Assembly (NCBI GenBank): GCA_041652815.1
Contig: JBAZGN010000003.1
Location: 129,530-193,529 of the forward strand
Direction: 5' to 3'
Source of the DNA: Candidatus Omnitrophota bacterium
GTDB taxonomy: Bacteria; Omnitrophota; Gorgyraeia; Duberdicusellales; 4484-171
Length of the DNA: 64,000 nt
The position numbers and the translations under genes are program-made. Under the pieces are notes generated by a model that was not told where the DNA came from, ran no database searches, and was given only the letters and a program-made list of their open reading frames with translations. This document shows positions 18,234-27,108 of this stretch, piece by piece. Each line of letters opens with the position of its first letter. The first letter of the stretch is position 1.

Positions 18234-18379
18234 TAAGCTTTAGCGGCTTGTTTTTTGAGGTGCTCTTTAAAACAGTTTTTATTACAAAAATAACCGTTAT
18301 TTCTGTAATACCACTTAACTCTTTTCAAAGATTTATTACACGCAACGCAGTTTTTTCTTTTTTCTTCGCTTTTTGCCAT
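18233..18379 (-). CDS. 48-aa zinc-ribbon microprotein (CxxC...CxxxC)
   Basis: Protein MAKSEEKRKNCVACNKSLKRVKWYYRNNGYFCNKNCFKEHLKKQAAKA. Its stop overlaps the start of the downstream PilZ gene (TAATG). Confidence 0.5.
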   Translation of the reverse strand: MAKSEEKRKNCVACNKSLKRVKWYYRNNGYFCNKNCFKEHLKKQAAKA

Positions 18380-18414
18380 AATTAACCTACCCTCAGGATG
18401 TTAACCTGTTGAAC

Positions 18415-18732
18415 TTACTCTATTATTGAATTAAGATAATTTTTACTCTCTTCAGCTATCTCTACAAATTCTAAACCCGCGGAATACCTCTCAGAAGCCC
18501 TTTCTTTATTGCACCAAACAACTTTTGCTTTCATGCCTAAAACCTTATTTATAAGATTAATATTTAACTTAAGGCAATTATTTTTGGGTAAAAATTCGTC
18601 GCTAAGTATGCGCACCCCGCCTACGCTTAGGTCTTTGCTAACCGTATAAAAATACTCCTTCCCGGGAAGAATATTACATTCTATCGGAAAAGAAATAGGG
18701 CTGCGTGAATTTTTTCTCTTTTCGTCGATCAT
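18415..18732 (-). CDS. PilZ-domain protein
   Basis: Motif RKNSRSPISFPIEC...KDLSVGGV is a PilZ signature. Confidence 0.6.
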   Translation of the reverse strand: MIDEKRKNSRSPISFPIECNILPGKEYFYTVSKDLSVGGVRILSDEFLPKNNCLKLNINLINKVLGMKAKVVWCNKERASERYSAGLEFVEIAEESKNYLNSIIE

Positions 18733-18767
18733 AAATTATACTAATATAACATAATTTTACGCGCTTG

Positions 18768-19856
18768 TCAAATAAAGGCTCCGAATTCCTTCAGTGTTTT
18801 GCTTATCAGGCCCTCGGAAATTCCACCGACAACCTTTACCTTGCCAATTGACTCAAGCAATACCAGCCTAAACTGGCCCGAAACATTTTTTTTGTCGTAA
18901 CTCATTGCTTTATAGATAGTTTTAAAATCATATTTATATTTAACGGGAAGCTCGAATTTTTTAAGCAGGTCACGTATCTGACAAATTTCATTCATACTGC
19001 AAAGCCCCACTCTATTTGACAGAAAAGCCGCATAAAGCATGCCTAAGCTTACCGCTTCTCCATGCGAAATTTTCTTGTATTTTGAAGCTGCCTCAAGTGC
19101 ATGCGCAAAAGTATGGCCGAAGTTAAGTATAGTTCGTATGGATTTTTTTTCCACCTCGTCAATTTCTACTATTTTTGCTTTTATATTGGCACAAACATCG
19201 ATAACTTTTAAAATCGAAGAAGGCTTTAAGGAAAGAATTTCCCGGTAGTTTTTTAATAAAAAAATAAAAAACGCGCTGTTTTTAATAACTGCGTATTTTA
19301 CGGCCTCGGCAATACCTTCCTTGACTTGTTTCTTTTTTAAAGTATTTAGAAAATTTGGGTCAATAAATACAACTTTTGGCTGATAAAATGCGCCTAATAT
19401 ATTTTTTGCCTCTTTAAGGTCAATTGCGGTTTTTCCGCCTATGCTTGCATCAATTTGAGAGAGTAATGTAGTTGGAACCTGCACGTAAGGAATCCCCCTT
19501 TTGTATATCGAGGCAGCAAAACCTCCTACATCCCCCACCGTGCCTCCGCCTATGCAAACGATAAAAACTTTTCTATCTAGTTTGTTTGTCTTTATTATTT
19601 CTTGTATTATTCTAAACAAACTTTCTTTCGTTTTCGCACGCTCCCCGTCAGGAAGGACAATTATACGATGAGGAAAATTGGTAAAGGATTTTTCTATTTT
19701 CTTTCTGTAAAAAGCAAGGACACTGCGTGAGGCGAGAATTATTGCGAAATTTCCAAGGTTAAGCCCCTTAATACGAGAGCTGATGTTCTTAAATAAATTT
19801 TGTTCTATATATATATTATAAGGATTTTTAGATAAATTAATTTTTATAACTTTCAT
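18768..19856 (-). CDS. aroB: 3-dehydroquinate synthase
   Basis: Motifs GGGTVGDVGGFAASIYKRGIPYVQVPTTLLSQIDASIGGKTAIDL. Start at MKVIKINLS overlaps the upstream stop as ATGA. Confidence 0.85.
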   Translation of the reverse strand: MKVIKINLSKNPYNIYIEQNLFKNISSRIKGLNLGNFAIILASRSVLAFYRKKIEKSFTNFPHRIIVLPDGERAKTKESLFRIIQEIIKTNKLDRKVFIVCIGGGTVGDVGGFAASIYKRGIPYVQVPTTLLSQIDASIGGKTAIDLKEAKNILGAFYQPKVVFIDPNFLNTLKKKQVKEGIAEAVKYAVIKNSAFFIFLLKNYREILSLKPSSILKVIDVCANIKAKIVEIDEVEKKSIRTILNFGHTFAHALEAASKYKKISHGEAVSLGMLYAAFLSNRVGLCSMNEICQIRDLLKKFELPVKYKYDFKTIYKAMSYDKKNVSGQFRLVLLESIGKVKVVGGISEGLISKTLKEFGAFI

Positions 19857-20485
19857 ATTGCAGCCTTTATATTTAACAATGAAAAAATAGAACCTACTAT
19901 CGGCAGCATAAACCATTTTAAAAAACCTATCATAATCAGCAAAATTATGATAAATGAACCAATCGTCTCCATTTTAAGATATAAGTAAGAAAGTTTATAG
20001 GGAAGAATAGCACTTAAAACCCTGGAACCATCAAGGGGCGGTATGGGTATGAGATTAAAAATACCCAGGATAAGATTAATCAGTATCCCCTCTATAATTA
20101 TTTCTGGAATAAACAAATAATTCGTAGCCTTAAGCAGGCCGGTTAATAAAAGCGCTATAATAAAATTAATCGCTGGCCCGGCTAAACCTACCCAAAGTAT
20201 ATCTTTTTTCGGATTCTTGAAATGATATGGATTAATGGGAACGGGTTTTGCATATCCGAAAGCAAATTTTCCACTGCTCAAAACAAGTAAAAGAATCGGG
20301 AGTATCAGTGTCCCGAAAATGTCTATATGCGCTAACGGATTAAGGGTTAGGCGGCCGCTTGCCTTAGGCGTTGGGTCTCCGAATTTTGTTGCGACAAACC
20401 CATGTGAATATTCATGAAGCGTTATCGATACGAATAGTATTACACCGATAAAAACAAAATTTAAAATATCAACAGGTTGAATCAT
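19853..20485 (-). CDS. Site-2 protease family (peptidase M50) membrane metalloprotease
   Basis: HEYSHGFVA (HExxH) inside a TM helix, with multiple TM segments. Confidence 0.7.
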   Translation of the reverse strand: MIQPVDILNFVFIGVILFVSITLHEYSHGFVATKFGDPTPKASGRLTLNPLAHIDIFGTLILPILLLVLSSGKFAFGYAKPVPINPYHFKNPKKDILWVGLAGPAINFIIALLLTGLLKATNYLFIPEIIIEGILINLILGIFNLIPIPPLDGSRVLSAILPYKLSYLYLKMETIGSFIIILLIMIGFLKWFMLPIVGSIFSLLNIKAAI

Positions 20486-21153
20486 CTTACAAAGACTAAT
20501 TTATATACAACTACGTAAGAACATGAGCCTTTTGCCATTACGCCTTCTATTTTTACTTTTTTATTCATATACTTAGTTTTTCCTTTTGTAAGTATATTTA
20601 ATAAATATTTTTCTTCAGGTGTTTTCAATATGTAATTAGCTTCACAGTTCGCATCATTAACTGGAAATAAAGTGCCTTCAAGATTAATTACTTTTTCGCG
20701 TTTTTCTAAAAAGTTCTTATTTACCCAGCCATAAATATGCGGGTAGCCTCTTACTTCAAACCAATTATTTTTCTTTCTTCTAAAGAAAAATACTGTTCCC
20801 TTTTCTGCCTGGCCTATTACATAAGAAGACATACTGGGGGTATCGCGTAAATTTAAATTAGAAGCAATAACTTCAACCTTGTTGTTATCTATTTCTTTTA
20901 AGAATTCTGCCGCAGCATAAGCAGAAAAACGCTTGGGAAGTGTTATTTTATACCATTCGAATCTTTCATCAATTATCTTAACCTTTTCGCCGCGCTTTAA
21001 AAACCCTATAGAAGGAGCCATTGCGGTTGCGTCAACTCGTACATTTATTCTGTCTTTGGTTACAATAGCTTCATCCAGTGCATAACATAAGTTGGCGCTA
21101 GCCGAAAAAATGCAGTTGACGATCAAAAAACATCCTAGCCATCTAAGGTGCAT
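20482..21153 (-). CDS. Secreted protein with tandem SH3b-like domains
   Basis: Signal peptide MHLRWLGCFLIVNCIFSASA at the internal ATG. The ORF-track extension to 21327 runs through terminator hairpins. Two SH3_3-like repeats (...WYKITLP..., ...NWFEVRGYPHIYGWV...). Confidence 0.5.
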   Translation of the reverse strand: MHLRWLGCFLIVNCIFSASANLCYALDEAIVTKDRINVRVDATAMAPSIGFLKRGEKVKIIDERFEWYKITLPKRFSAYAAAEFLKEIDNNKVEVIASNLNLRDTPSMSSYVIGQAEKGTVFFFRRKKNNWFEVRGYPHIYGWVNKNFLEKREKVINLEGTLFPVNDANCEANYILKTPEEKYLLNILTKGKTKYMNKKVKIEGVMAKGSCSYVVVYKLVFVR

Positions 21154-21223
21154 TTTGCTAGGCATGCGCCACGGCGTGCTATTTAATACGCGGCATTTTT
21201 TTTGCATACCCCTTCGGCCTTTC

Positions 21224-21262
21224 GGGAAAAAAATGCCTGCGAAGCGTGCATTTTTTGGGTTA
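21224..21262. repeat. Hairpin AAAAAATGC-CTGCGAAGCGT-GCATTTTTT (family copy 1; copy 2 at 39033-39072 in opposite orientation)
   Basis: A 9-bp A/T-rich stem with an 11-nt loop is identical in both copies. Confidence 0.55.
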
Positions 21263-21272
21263 AAAAAGAAAA

Positions 21273-21319
21273 ACCCCGTTAGAACAAAGCCGATTACAAA
21301 TTTAACCTTTTCTAACGGG
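21273..21319 (-). terminator. Rho-independent terminator (CCCCGTTAGA/TCTAACGGGG hairpin plus T-tract) after the 21329-21658 gene
   Basis: A 10-bp perfect stem. On the minus strand it is followed by TTTTTCTTTTTTAA. Confidence 0.6.
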
Positions 21320-21328
21320 GTAATCATT

Positions 21329-21658
21329 TTACTGTTTTGCGGGCTGCTTTGCAGCCTGTTTTGCGGCTGCTGCAGGTTTCGCTTGTTGTGCCTGCGGTTT
21401 TACGCCGGCAGCGTCTGCGGCAGGTACAGCAGCGGCTTCTGCTGGTTTTTCTTCTTTTGCTTTCTCTTTCTTATCTGCCTTGACTTTTACGACTTTGATT
21501 TTTGGCAATCCCAATACCTTGTCGCCTTCTTTCCATGCGCCTCTTTCCTTAAGCCATTTAAGGCGCTCTGTGCGTTTCATTACTGAACGTGCCGATGATA
21601 ATTTTTCGGCCCTCTTCAAAGATGAATGTAAACCCATTATAACCTCCTCAATACGCAA
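21329..21658 (-). CDS. Small basic protein with Lys/Ala/Pro-rich histone-H1-like C-terminal tail (hypothetical)
   Basis: C-terminal KADKKEKAKEEKPAEAAAVPAADAAGVKPQAQQAKPAAAAKQAAKQPAKQ. The start may be the second ATG (MGLHSS...). Confidence 0.45.
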   Translation of the reverse strand: MRIEEVIMGLHSSLKRAEKLSSARSVMKRTERLKWLKERGAWKEGDKVLGLPKIKVVKVKADKKEKAKEEKPAEAAAVPAADAAGVKPQAQQAKPAAAAKQAAKQPAKQ

Positions 21659-22215
21659 TCTTTATAGGTTTTTTTAAGCAAACCCATATTCTTTTGAGCT
21701 TCATTAATAGTTTTAAAAGTCCCTACGTATAAAACAACGAAAGCGCCCTTTTTTGCCGTAAAGGAAGGAAAACCTTTGTCTTTTAACTTTTTTGCTTCGG
21801 CTTCAGCAAAACTTTCTTTATTGTAACTTGCTAATTGTATGTAATAACCTTCTTTAGGATTAATAGCCGCCTGCGTAGCCTCTATTTTTTTATCCGTAAT
21901 TTGCGTATTTTCCACTGCCTGAGTTTGGCGAATTTCGGTTTTTACAAACTGTCTTTCGGGTACATTTTTATCCGAAGTTACAGCCTTTATCGTTTCCCGC
22001 TTTGAATCTTTCTCTAGTAATTCAACCGCATCCTCGCTTTCTGTAGAAATTTTTCTTCCTTTCTCTACGCCCAGAGAAAAAGCCAGGATAAACAGCAAAA
22101 AGACCACAACCCCCGATAGAATAAAAGTATCAAGCGGTATTACGACTAACCGGCGTTTAAGCTTTGAATTTGACTCATCGCCGGCACCAAAAAGCTTCAA
22201 TTGTTCTCCGCGCAT
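21637..22215 (-). CDS. SPOR-domain cell-division/septal peptidoglycan-binding protein
   Basis: N-terminal TM, then C-terminal SPOR-like YYIQLASYNKESFAEAEAKKLKDKGF...AFVVLYVGTF. Confidence 0.6.
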   Translation of the reverse strand: MRGEQLKLFGAGDESNSKLKRRLVVIPLDTFILSGVVVFLLFILAFSLGVEKGRKISTESEDAVELLEKDSKRETIKAVTSDKNVPERQFVKTEIRQTQAVENTQITDKKIEATQAAINPKEGYYIQLASYNKESFAEAEAKKLKDKGFPSFTAKKGAFVVLYVGTFKTINEAQKNMGLLKKTYKDCVLRRL

Positions 22216-22233
22216 AGGGTTTTATTATAAGAT

Positions 22234-23277
22234 TTACAAGAAGGAACGCAAGTGTTTTCTGATGTCTTTCCGGTTAAGAATTTTCAGGAAAATTTCAACT
22301 ATCTGCGGGTCAAATTGCTTACCCATTTGATTACGTAACTCTTTTTCTATCTCCATAAGATGCATTTTTTTTCTGTAAGGCCTGCCAAAATACATTGCAT
22401 CAAATGCATCAAGCAAAGATAGTATCCTTGAGCCCAGAGGTATCTGGTCTTTACTGAATTTTGAAGGGTACCCTTTTCCGTCATACCGCTCATGATGATG
22501 TAAAATTATTGGTATAACCGGTTTTAATATTTCCAAGTCCTTTATCATCTCCACGCCCTTACGCGGATGTTTCATTATTATTTTATATTCCTCGTCGGTA
22601 AGCGGGGTCTGTTTTTTAAGTATCCCTGAGGGGAGTTGAATTTTTCCGGCGTCGTGCAAAAGCGATGCATATTCGAGCGATTTTGTTTCTGATTCAGAAA
22701 GTTTCATTTCTTTACCGATAGCTTTAATTAATTTAAATATACTTTTGGTGTGCAAGTATGAGGTCGGAACATACTGGTCAAGTAATTTTGTGAGCGACTT
22801 TATATAGTTTATCATTAACCTTTTTTCTTCGCGGTAAAGATTAAAAATCCTTAAGGATATGCTTATTTCTTCGGAAAGTGACAAAAACCATTTTTTTTCT
22901 AATTCATTGAATTCCGGGTTATTTGGATTACGTTTAAGATAAACAGCGCCAAGGGCATCGGCAAAAATAAAAGGATAAATCAGGCGGTTTCCGAGCATTA
23001 CTTCCTTCTCCTGATGCAATATTTCTTTCTCCCTGTTGGTAAGTATAGATATGCCTCCCTTTTTAAACGACTGGCTTTTGTCCTCAAGCCGCATCTTCAT
23101 AAACCCCTGGGTGTTAACATTTTTAAATACTACAGTCACTTTATCTGCCAAAAATGCATTTTTATATAACCGGCATATGCCCATTGCAAAATTTTTTATA
23201 TCGCCGGAAGTAGTAATCAGGCGGTATATCGTATGAAATGAAGAAAATATAGTTTTATACTTTTTCATAAGGATCAA
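22234..23277 (-). CDS. HD-GYP domain c-di-GMP phosphodiesterase
   Basis: Motifs HDAGK...HHERYDGKGYP (HD...HHExxDGxGYP). Confidence 0.8.
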   Translation of the reverse strand: MILMKKYKTIFSSFHTIYRLITTSGDIKNFAMGICRLYKNAFLADKVTVVFKNVNTQGFMKMRLEDKSQSFKKGGISILTNREKEILHQEKEVMLGNRLIYPFIFADALGAVYLKRNPNNPEFNELEKKWFLSLSEEISISLRIFNLYREEKRLMINYIKSLTKLLDQYVPTSYLHTKSIFKLIKAIGKEMKLSESETKSLEYASLLHDAGKIQLPSGILKKQTPLTDEEYKIIMKHPRKGVEMIKDLEILKPVIPIILHHHERYDGKGYPSKFSKDQIPLGSRILSLLDAFDAMYFGRPYRKKMHLMEIEKELRNQMGKQFDPQIVEIFLKILNRKDIRKHLRSFL

Positions 23278-24451
23278 AAAATTTCTTATATTCCTCTAAT
23301 GCATACTTATCCGTCATTCCTGCCAAATAATCGCATATTGTACGCTTAACACCATTACCTTGTGTTTCATCCCTAAAGGGCGGCGGAAGCAACTGCGGGT
23401 TATGAAGGTAAACATCAAAAAGGGCGCTGACAAACCTCGTAGCTTTATCGGTCATACGCAATACGCGCCAATGACAATAAAGATTATCAAAAAGGAATTC
23501 GCGAAGCTCACTTCTTAAGTTATTCATTCCATCGCTGAAAGACACAATACGCTCTTCACATTTTATAATATCTTTAAATGTGAACACTTTTAATTTCCTG
23601 ACATTACGAAAAGTATTTTCTATTAAATCGGTAACTTGCGTATTTATAAGGTTTCTTATCATAAGATAAACGCGCAGGTTGCTGTTGAGATTTGAATGTT
23701 CTGCCTTTACCTTTCGGTAAATCATATTCCATAACTGAGATTTCTTTCGTAAATCTTCTTCAAAGATTAACCCTGATTTTATGCCATCGTCTATGTCATG
23801 GTTATCGTAAGCAATTTCATCAGAAACATCCATCACCTGAGTTTCAAGAGTTGGCTGCTCAGCGGGATTAAACTCGGCGTAACGGCTGGCAAAATCTTTG
23901 CCCACATTCATACTGTGCTTGATTATGCCTTCGCGGGTCTCCCAGGAAAGGTTAAGCCCTTTAAATGAAGGGTATCTTTCTTCTAAAGAATCTACTACCC
24001 TGAGCCCTTGCTCATTGTGATTAAAGCCACCCTCCTCTATCATCAGCTCATTAAGTACGGCTTCAACTGCATGCCCAAAAGGGGTATGCCCCACATCGTG
24101 CGCAAGCGCAATTGCTTCGGTAAGGTCGTCATTTAGCTTAAGATTCTTGCTTATGGTCCTTGCTATTTGCGCAACTTCTAAGGTGTGGGTAAGCCGGGTA
24201 CGGAAATAATCGCCTTCATGATAAACAAAAACCTGAGTTTTATATTCGAGCCGTCTAAAAGCCGCAGAATGTATTATTCTGTCCCGGTCTCTCTGGTACA
24301 ATGAACGGTAAGGATGTTCTTTTTCATAATGTTTCCTTCCCCTGGAATGCTTAGACTTCATCGCCAAAGGAGAAAGCATTTTTTCTTCATAGTCCTGCCA
24401 ATTATACCTGCTGTTTAGCTTGATATTTTTTTTTGCTGTAATTTTACTCAT
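23255..24451 (-). CDS. dgt: dGTP triphosphohydrolase-like HD-domain protein
   Basis: Motifs YRSLYQRDRDRIIHSAAFRRLEYKTQV...RLTHTLEVAQIART. Confidence 0.8.
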   Translation of the reverse strand: MSKITAKKNIKLNSRYNWQDYEEKMLSPLAMKSKHSRGRKHYEKEHPYRSLYQRDRDRIIHSAAFRRLEYKTQVFVYHEGDYFRTRLTHTLEVAQIARTISKNLKLNDDLTEAIALAHDVGHTPFGHAVEAVLNELMIEEGGFNHNEQGLRVVDSLEERYPSFKGLNLSWETREGIIKHSMNVGKDFASRYAEFNPAEQPTLETQVMDVSDEIAYDNHDIDDGIKSGLIFEEDLRKKSQLWNMIYRKVKAEHSNLNSNLRVYLMIRNLINTQVTDLIENTFRNVRKLKVFTFKDIIKCEERIVSFSDGMNNLRSELREFLFDNLYCHWRVLRMTDKATRFVSALFDVYLHNPQLLPPPFRDETQGNGVKRTICDYLAGMTDKYALEEYKKFFDPYEKV

Positions 24452-24462
24452 AATCTCATTTA

Positions 24463-24534
24463 TCCCGTTAGAAAATATCCTGCGTGAGCCCCATTAGAAA
24501 CAAATCTCTAAATGGAGTAAGTTTTCTAACGGGA
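24463..24534. repeat. TCCCGTTAGAAAA/TTTTCTAACGGGA inverted-repeat element with nested hairpin
   Basis: 13-bp terminal inverted repeats flank 46 bp. Same terminal motif as the elements at 13033 and 21273. Confidence 0.6.
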
Positions 24535-24535
24535 T

Positions 24536-25021
24536 TTATTTCATTCCTGCGGTATGCTTAATTAATTTCTTGTAAAGTTCGCTCAAGCTTTGCGATATTA
24601 TTTTAGTATCCGATAAAACAGGCATAAAATTTGTATCTCCGAGCCAACGCGGCACAATATGGATATGTAAATGTTTATCTATACCGGCGCCGGAAACTTT
24701 TCCTAAATTTATACCCACATTAAAACCAGCGGGTTTCAATGTAGCTTTCAAAGCCGCTAACATTTTGATAAGCACTTTATTAATATCTAGAATTTCTTTA
24801 TCTTTAAGTTTTTCAATAGAAGAAACATGACGGTTAGAAACAACCATAACGTGGCCATTGTTATAAGGAAAAGTATTAAGAATGGCGAATGAATGTTTCG
24901 ACCTTAGAACTACAAGATTTCTTTTGTCCTTTTTTTCCTTAAAAGCCTTACAAAGGATACACCCTTTAGCGCGGGTGTTAGAAACATAGGTTATACGCCA
25001 GGGTGCCCACAATTTATTCAA
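24536..25021 (-). CDS. HIT-family (histidine triad) nucleotide hydrolase
   Basis: Ends with HLHIHIVPR (HxHxHxx) and has a HIT-like fold pattern. Confidence 0.8.
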   Translation of the reverse strand: MNKLWAPWRITYVSNTRAKGCILCKAFKEKKDKRNLVVLRSKHSFAILNTFPYNNGHVMVVSNRHVSSIEKLKDKEILDINKVLIKMLAALKATLKPAGFNVGINLGKVSGAGIDKHLHIHIVPRWLGDTNFMPVLSDTKIISQSLSELYKKLIKHTAGMK

Positions 25022-25511
25022 ACTTTACTATCCTCCTGTTGATGTTTTTCCCATCTATCTCCAAAATACCATAAGACGGGCATGGCACAAAAATCCTATC
25101 TGTGCAGGAACCAGGGTTAAAATATATCCTGCCATCGATTTCTTTATCAAGCGGATTATGAGTGTGCCCAAAGATAATTATATTTATTGTACTTAATTCT
25201 TGCTTAAACTCTGTATTTATGTAATCCATCAGCATTGCCGGAGAGCCTCTACCATGTATTAAACCTACCCTGATACTGCCCAATTCGATGATTTGTTTTT
25301 CCGGAAGTTCCTTTCTAAGGTCGGAATTATCCATATTACCGCACACAGCATAAGTTTTCGTTATCTTAGAGAGCTCATAAAAAACGCTTGCGGCGACAAA
25401 ATCACCTGCATGTATGCAAAAATTGCTCTTTTTAGCTTCTTCTATTATTACCGCAGGCAGTTTATCCGCCACAATAGGTATGTGCGTATCAGAAATTACC
25501 AATATTCTCAC
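25014..25511 (-). CDS. Metallophosphoesterase, YfcE/MJ0936 family
   Basis: Motifs MRILVISDTHIP...HAGDFV...IIFGHTHNP. Confidence 0.8.
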   Translation of the reverse strand: MRILVISDTHIPIVADKLPAVIIEEAKKSNFCIHAGDFVAASVFYELSKITKTYAVCGNMDNSDLRKELPEKQIIELGSIRVGLIHGRGSPAMLMDYINTEFKQELSTINIIIFGHTHNPLDKEIDGRIYFNPGSCTDRIFVPCPSYGILEIDGKNINRRIVKFE

Positions 25512-27105
25512 TTTCTCTACCCTCTACTCGTTTAGCTTCAACGCAAATAATAGGCTTATTGTATGCCCGGCATAAATCGTTCATCTCATTAATTCCCCAA
25601 GCAATTAATTTATTATTTTTTGCTATTAACTTGGCGCTGGATGTAAAATCCTCAAGCGAAACGAATATCTTTTTTACGTTTTTTCCTTTTAGAGAACCGC
25701 CCTTCTCAATAAAATCAAAAATATCATTATCGTTTGCCTCTTCTTCTTTAATCGCAACGAATAAAACTTCCCTGCCTTCGCCTATGAGTAAATGCATTTT
25801 TTTATCGGGATAAGACATCAGCCTGCTTTTTTCTATCAGTGGCAGCCGGTAGCGGTCCTTTCCCAATTTTAATACATCGTTTCTGAAAGAACCAAAAAGT
25901 TCAAGTACCTTTTTTATTTTATCCTTGTAGAAATCTTCTTTAAAAAGCGAAATCGATTCCTCGACTTTTCTACGGAATAAAAGAAGCCTTTTCTGCGAAT
26001 CAAAGACAGGGGTAGAAAAAAACATTTTGAAAACATGTGATATCCAGAAAGAGAACAAAGGGTCTTTTATCCCATAAACTGCGCCAAGATTTTCCACATA
26101 ATTTAAGTCGCAAAGTTTTTGTAATTTATTTTTTAGATTCTTGGAATCAAAAATACGCAGCGATGTAAGCTCTCCTTCCCTGATATAACCATCGCTTATA
26201 GCAATCAATAACTTGATTAATGCTGTTGAATCACGAAAGTTCTCTTCGATTTTATTTATTTTCTTCATGAATTTTTGGAAAAAATATGTTTCCCGTGCAT
26301 ACAGCGCATCACGCAGTGCCGCAATTATCGAGTAATTCTCATCTTCTTTTTTGTAAGTGTTTTTGACATAATGCCTCATTAAATTGTGGTAGATTGTATT
26401 TGGACCGAGAATGTTGACAAAAAATGACACGAAAAAAGGAAGGCACTCAATATCTTCAAAAGATTTCCTTACGCACATAAACCTGTTTACGAAGTTACTT
26501 TCATCAATAGCTATTTTTTCGAAATTTCCAAACAGAAAATTCAATTCGCTATAAAGCGTTTTTTCCGATTCTCTTGTGTCAACATCGCTTAAAATCACCA
26601 TACAATTGTTTTGCAAAATTATAAATTTAGAAAAATCCTGATGAAAAGTTGGAAAAATATCTCTTAATCTAAGAAAATCTTCTATTATAAAAGCACACTT
26701 TTTTGAGGTTTCATTTATAAATTTATTTATTACTTCAAGAGACTCAATGAATGACGGCGGATTGGTACGCTTAATTATATCTTTGGCAAAATCAAGTGTG
26801 GAAGGCAACATACCCTGGCTATAATTTATAAGATTATCCAGGCTATCCTCTTTATTCAAATATTCGCTAAGTAGAGAAAATAATATACTTTTGAAAAACC
26901 CTCGGCGGTCAATATGAGCAGTTGATGTGCGTATATAAATGACATCTTTAATCGTGTTTACGCTAAAATAATTATCCAAGAGATAGCTTATCTCATCGCT
27001 ATCTTCTCCTAGTATTGCAATATTCTGCCGATACCCTTGCGAAAAAGCGTTTAACCTTTTATCCAAAATTTGTAATTTATTTCTCCAGAATTCCTGCTCT
27101 TTCAT
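25489..27105 (-). CDS. Archaeal-ATPase/DUF234-family protein with degenerate P-loop (hypothetical)
   Basis: C-terminal GIKDPLFSFWISHVF resembles the DUF234 DPffrFW motif. Position expected for Walker A reads NIAILGEDSDEIS (no GxxxxGKT). Overlaps the downstream gene by 23 nt. Confidence 0.4.
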   Translation of the reverse strand: MKEQEFWRNKLQILDKRLNAFSQGYRQNIAILGEDSDEISYLLDNYFSVNTIKDVIYIRTSTAHIDRRGFFKSILFSLLSEYLNKEDSLDNLINYSQGMLPSTLDFAKDIIKRTNPPSFIESLEVINKFINETSKKCAFIIEDFLRLRDIFPTFHQDFSKFIILQNNCMVILSDVDTRESEKTLYSELNFLFGNFEKIAIDESNFVNRFMCVRKSFEDIECLPFFVSFFVNILGPNTIYHNLMRHYVKNTYKKEDENYSIIAALRDALYARETYFFQKFMKKINKIEENFRDSTALIKLLIAISDGYIREGELTSLRIFDSKNLKNKLQKLCDLNYVENLGAVYGIKDPLFSFWISHVFKMFFSTPVFDSQKRLLLFRRKVEESISLFKEDFYKDKIKKVLELFGSFRNDVLKLGKDRYRLPLIEKSRLMSYPDKKMHLLIGEGREVLFVAIKEEEANDNDIFDFIEKGGSLKGKNVKKIFVSLEDFTSSAKLIAKNNKLIAWGINEMNDLCRAYNKPIICVEAKRVEGRESENIGNF

Positions 27106-27108
27106 GTT

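Noticed and set aside
21092-21586. 164-aa plus-strand ORF, and the 5' extension of the SH3b gene to 21327
   Set aside because: Both run through two terminator hairpins and antisense to real genes. The signal-peptide start at 21153 is the credible start.
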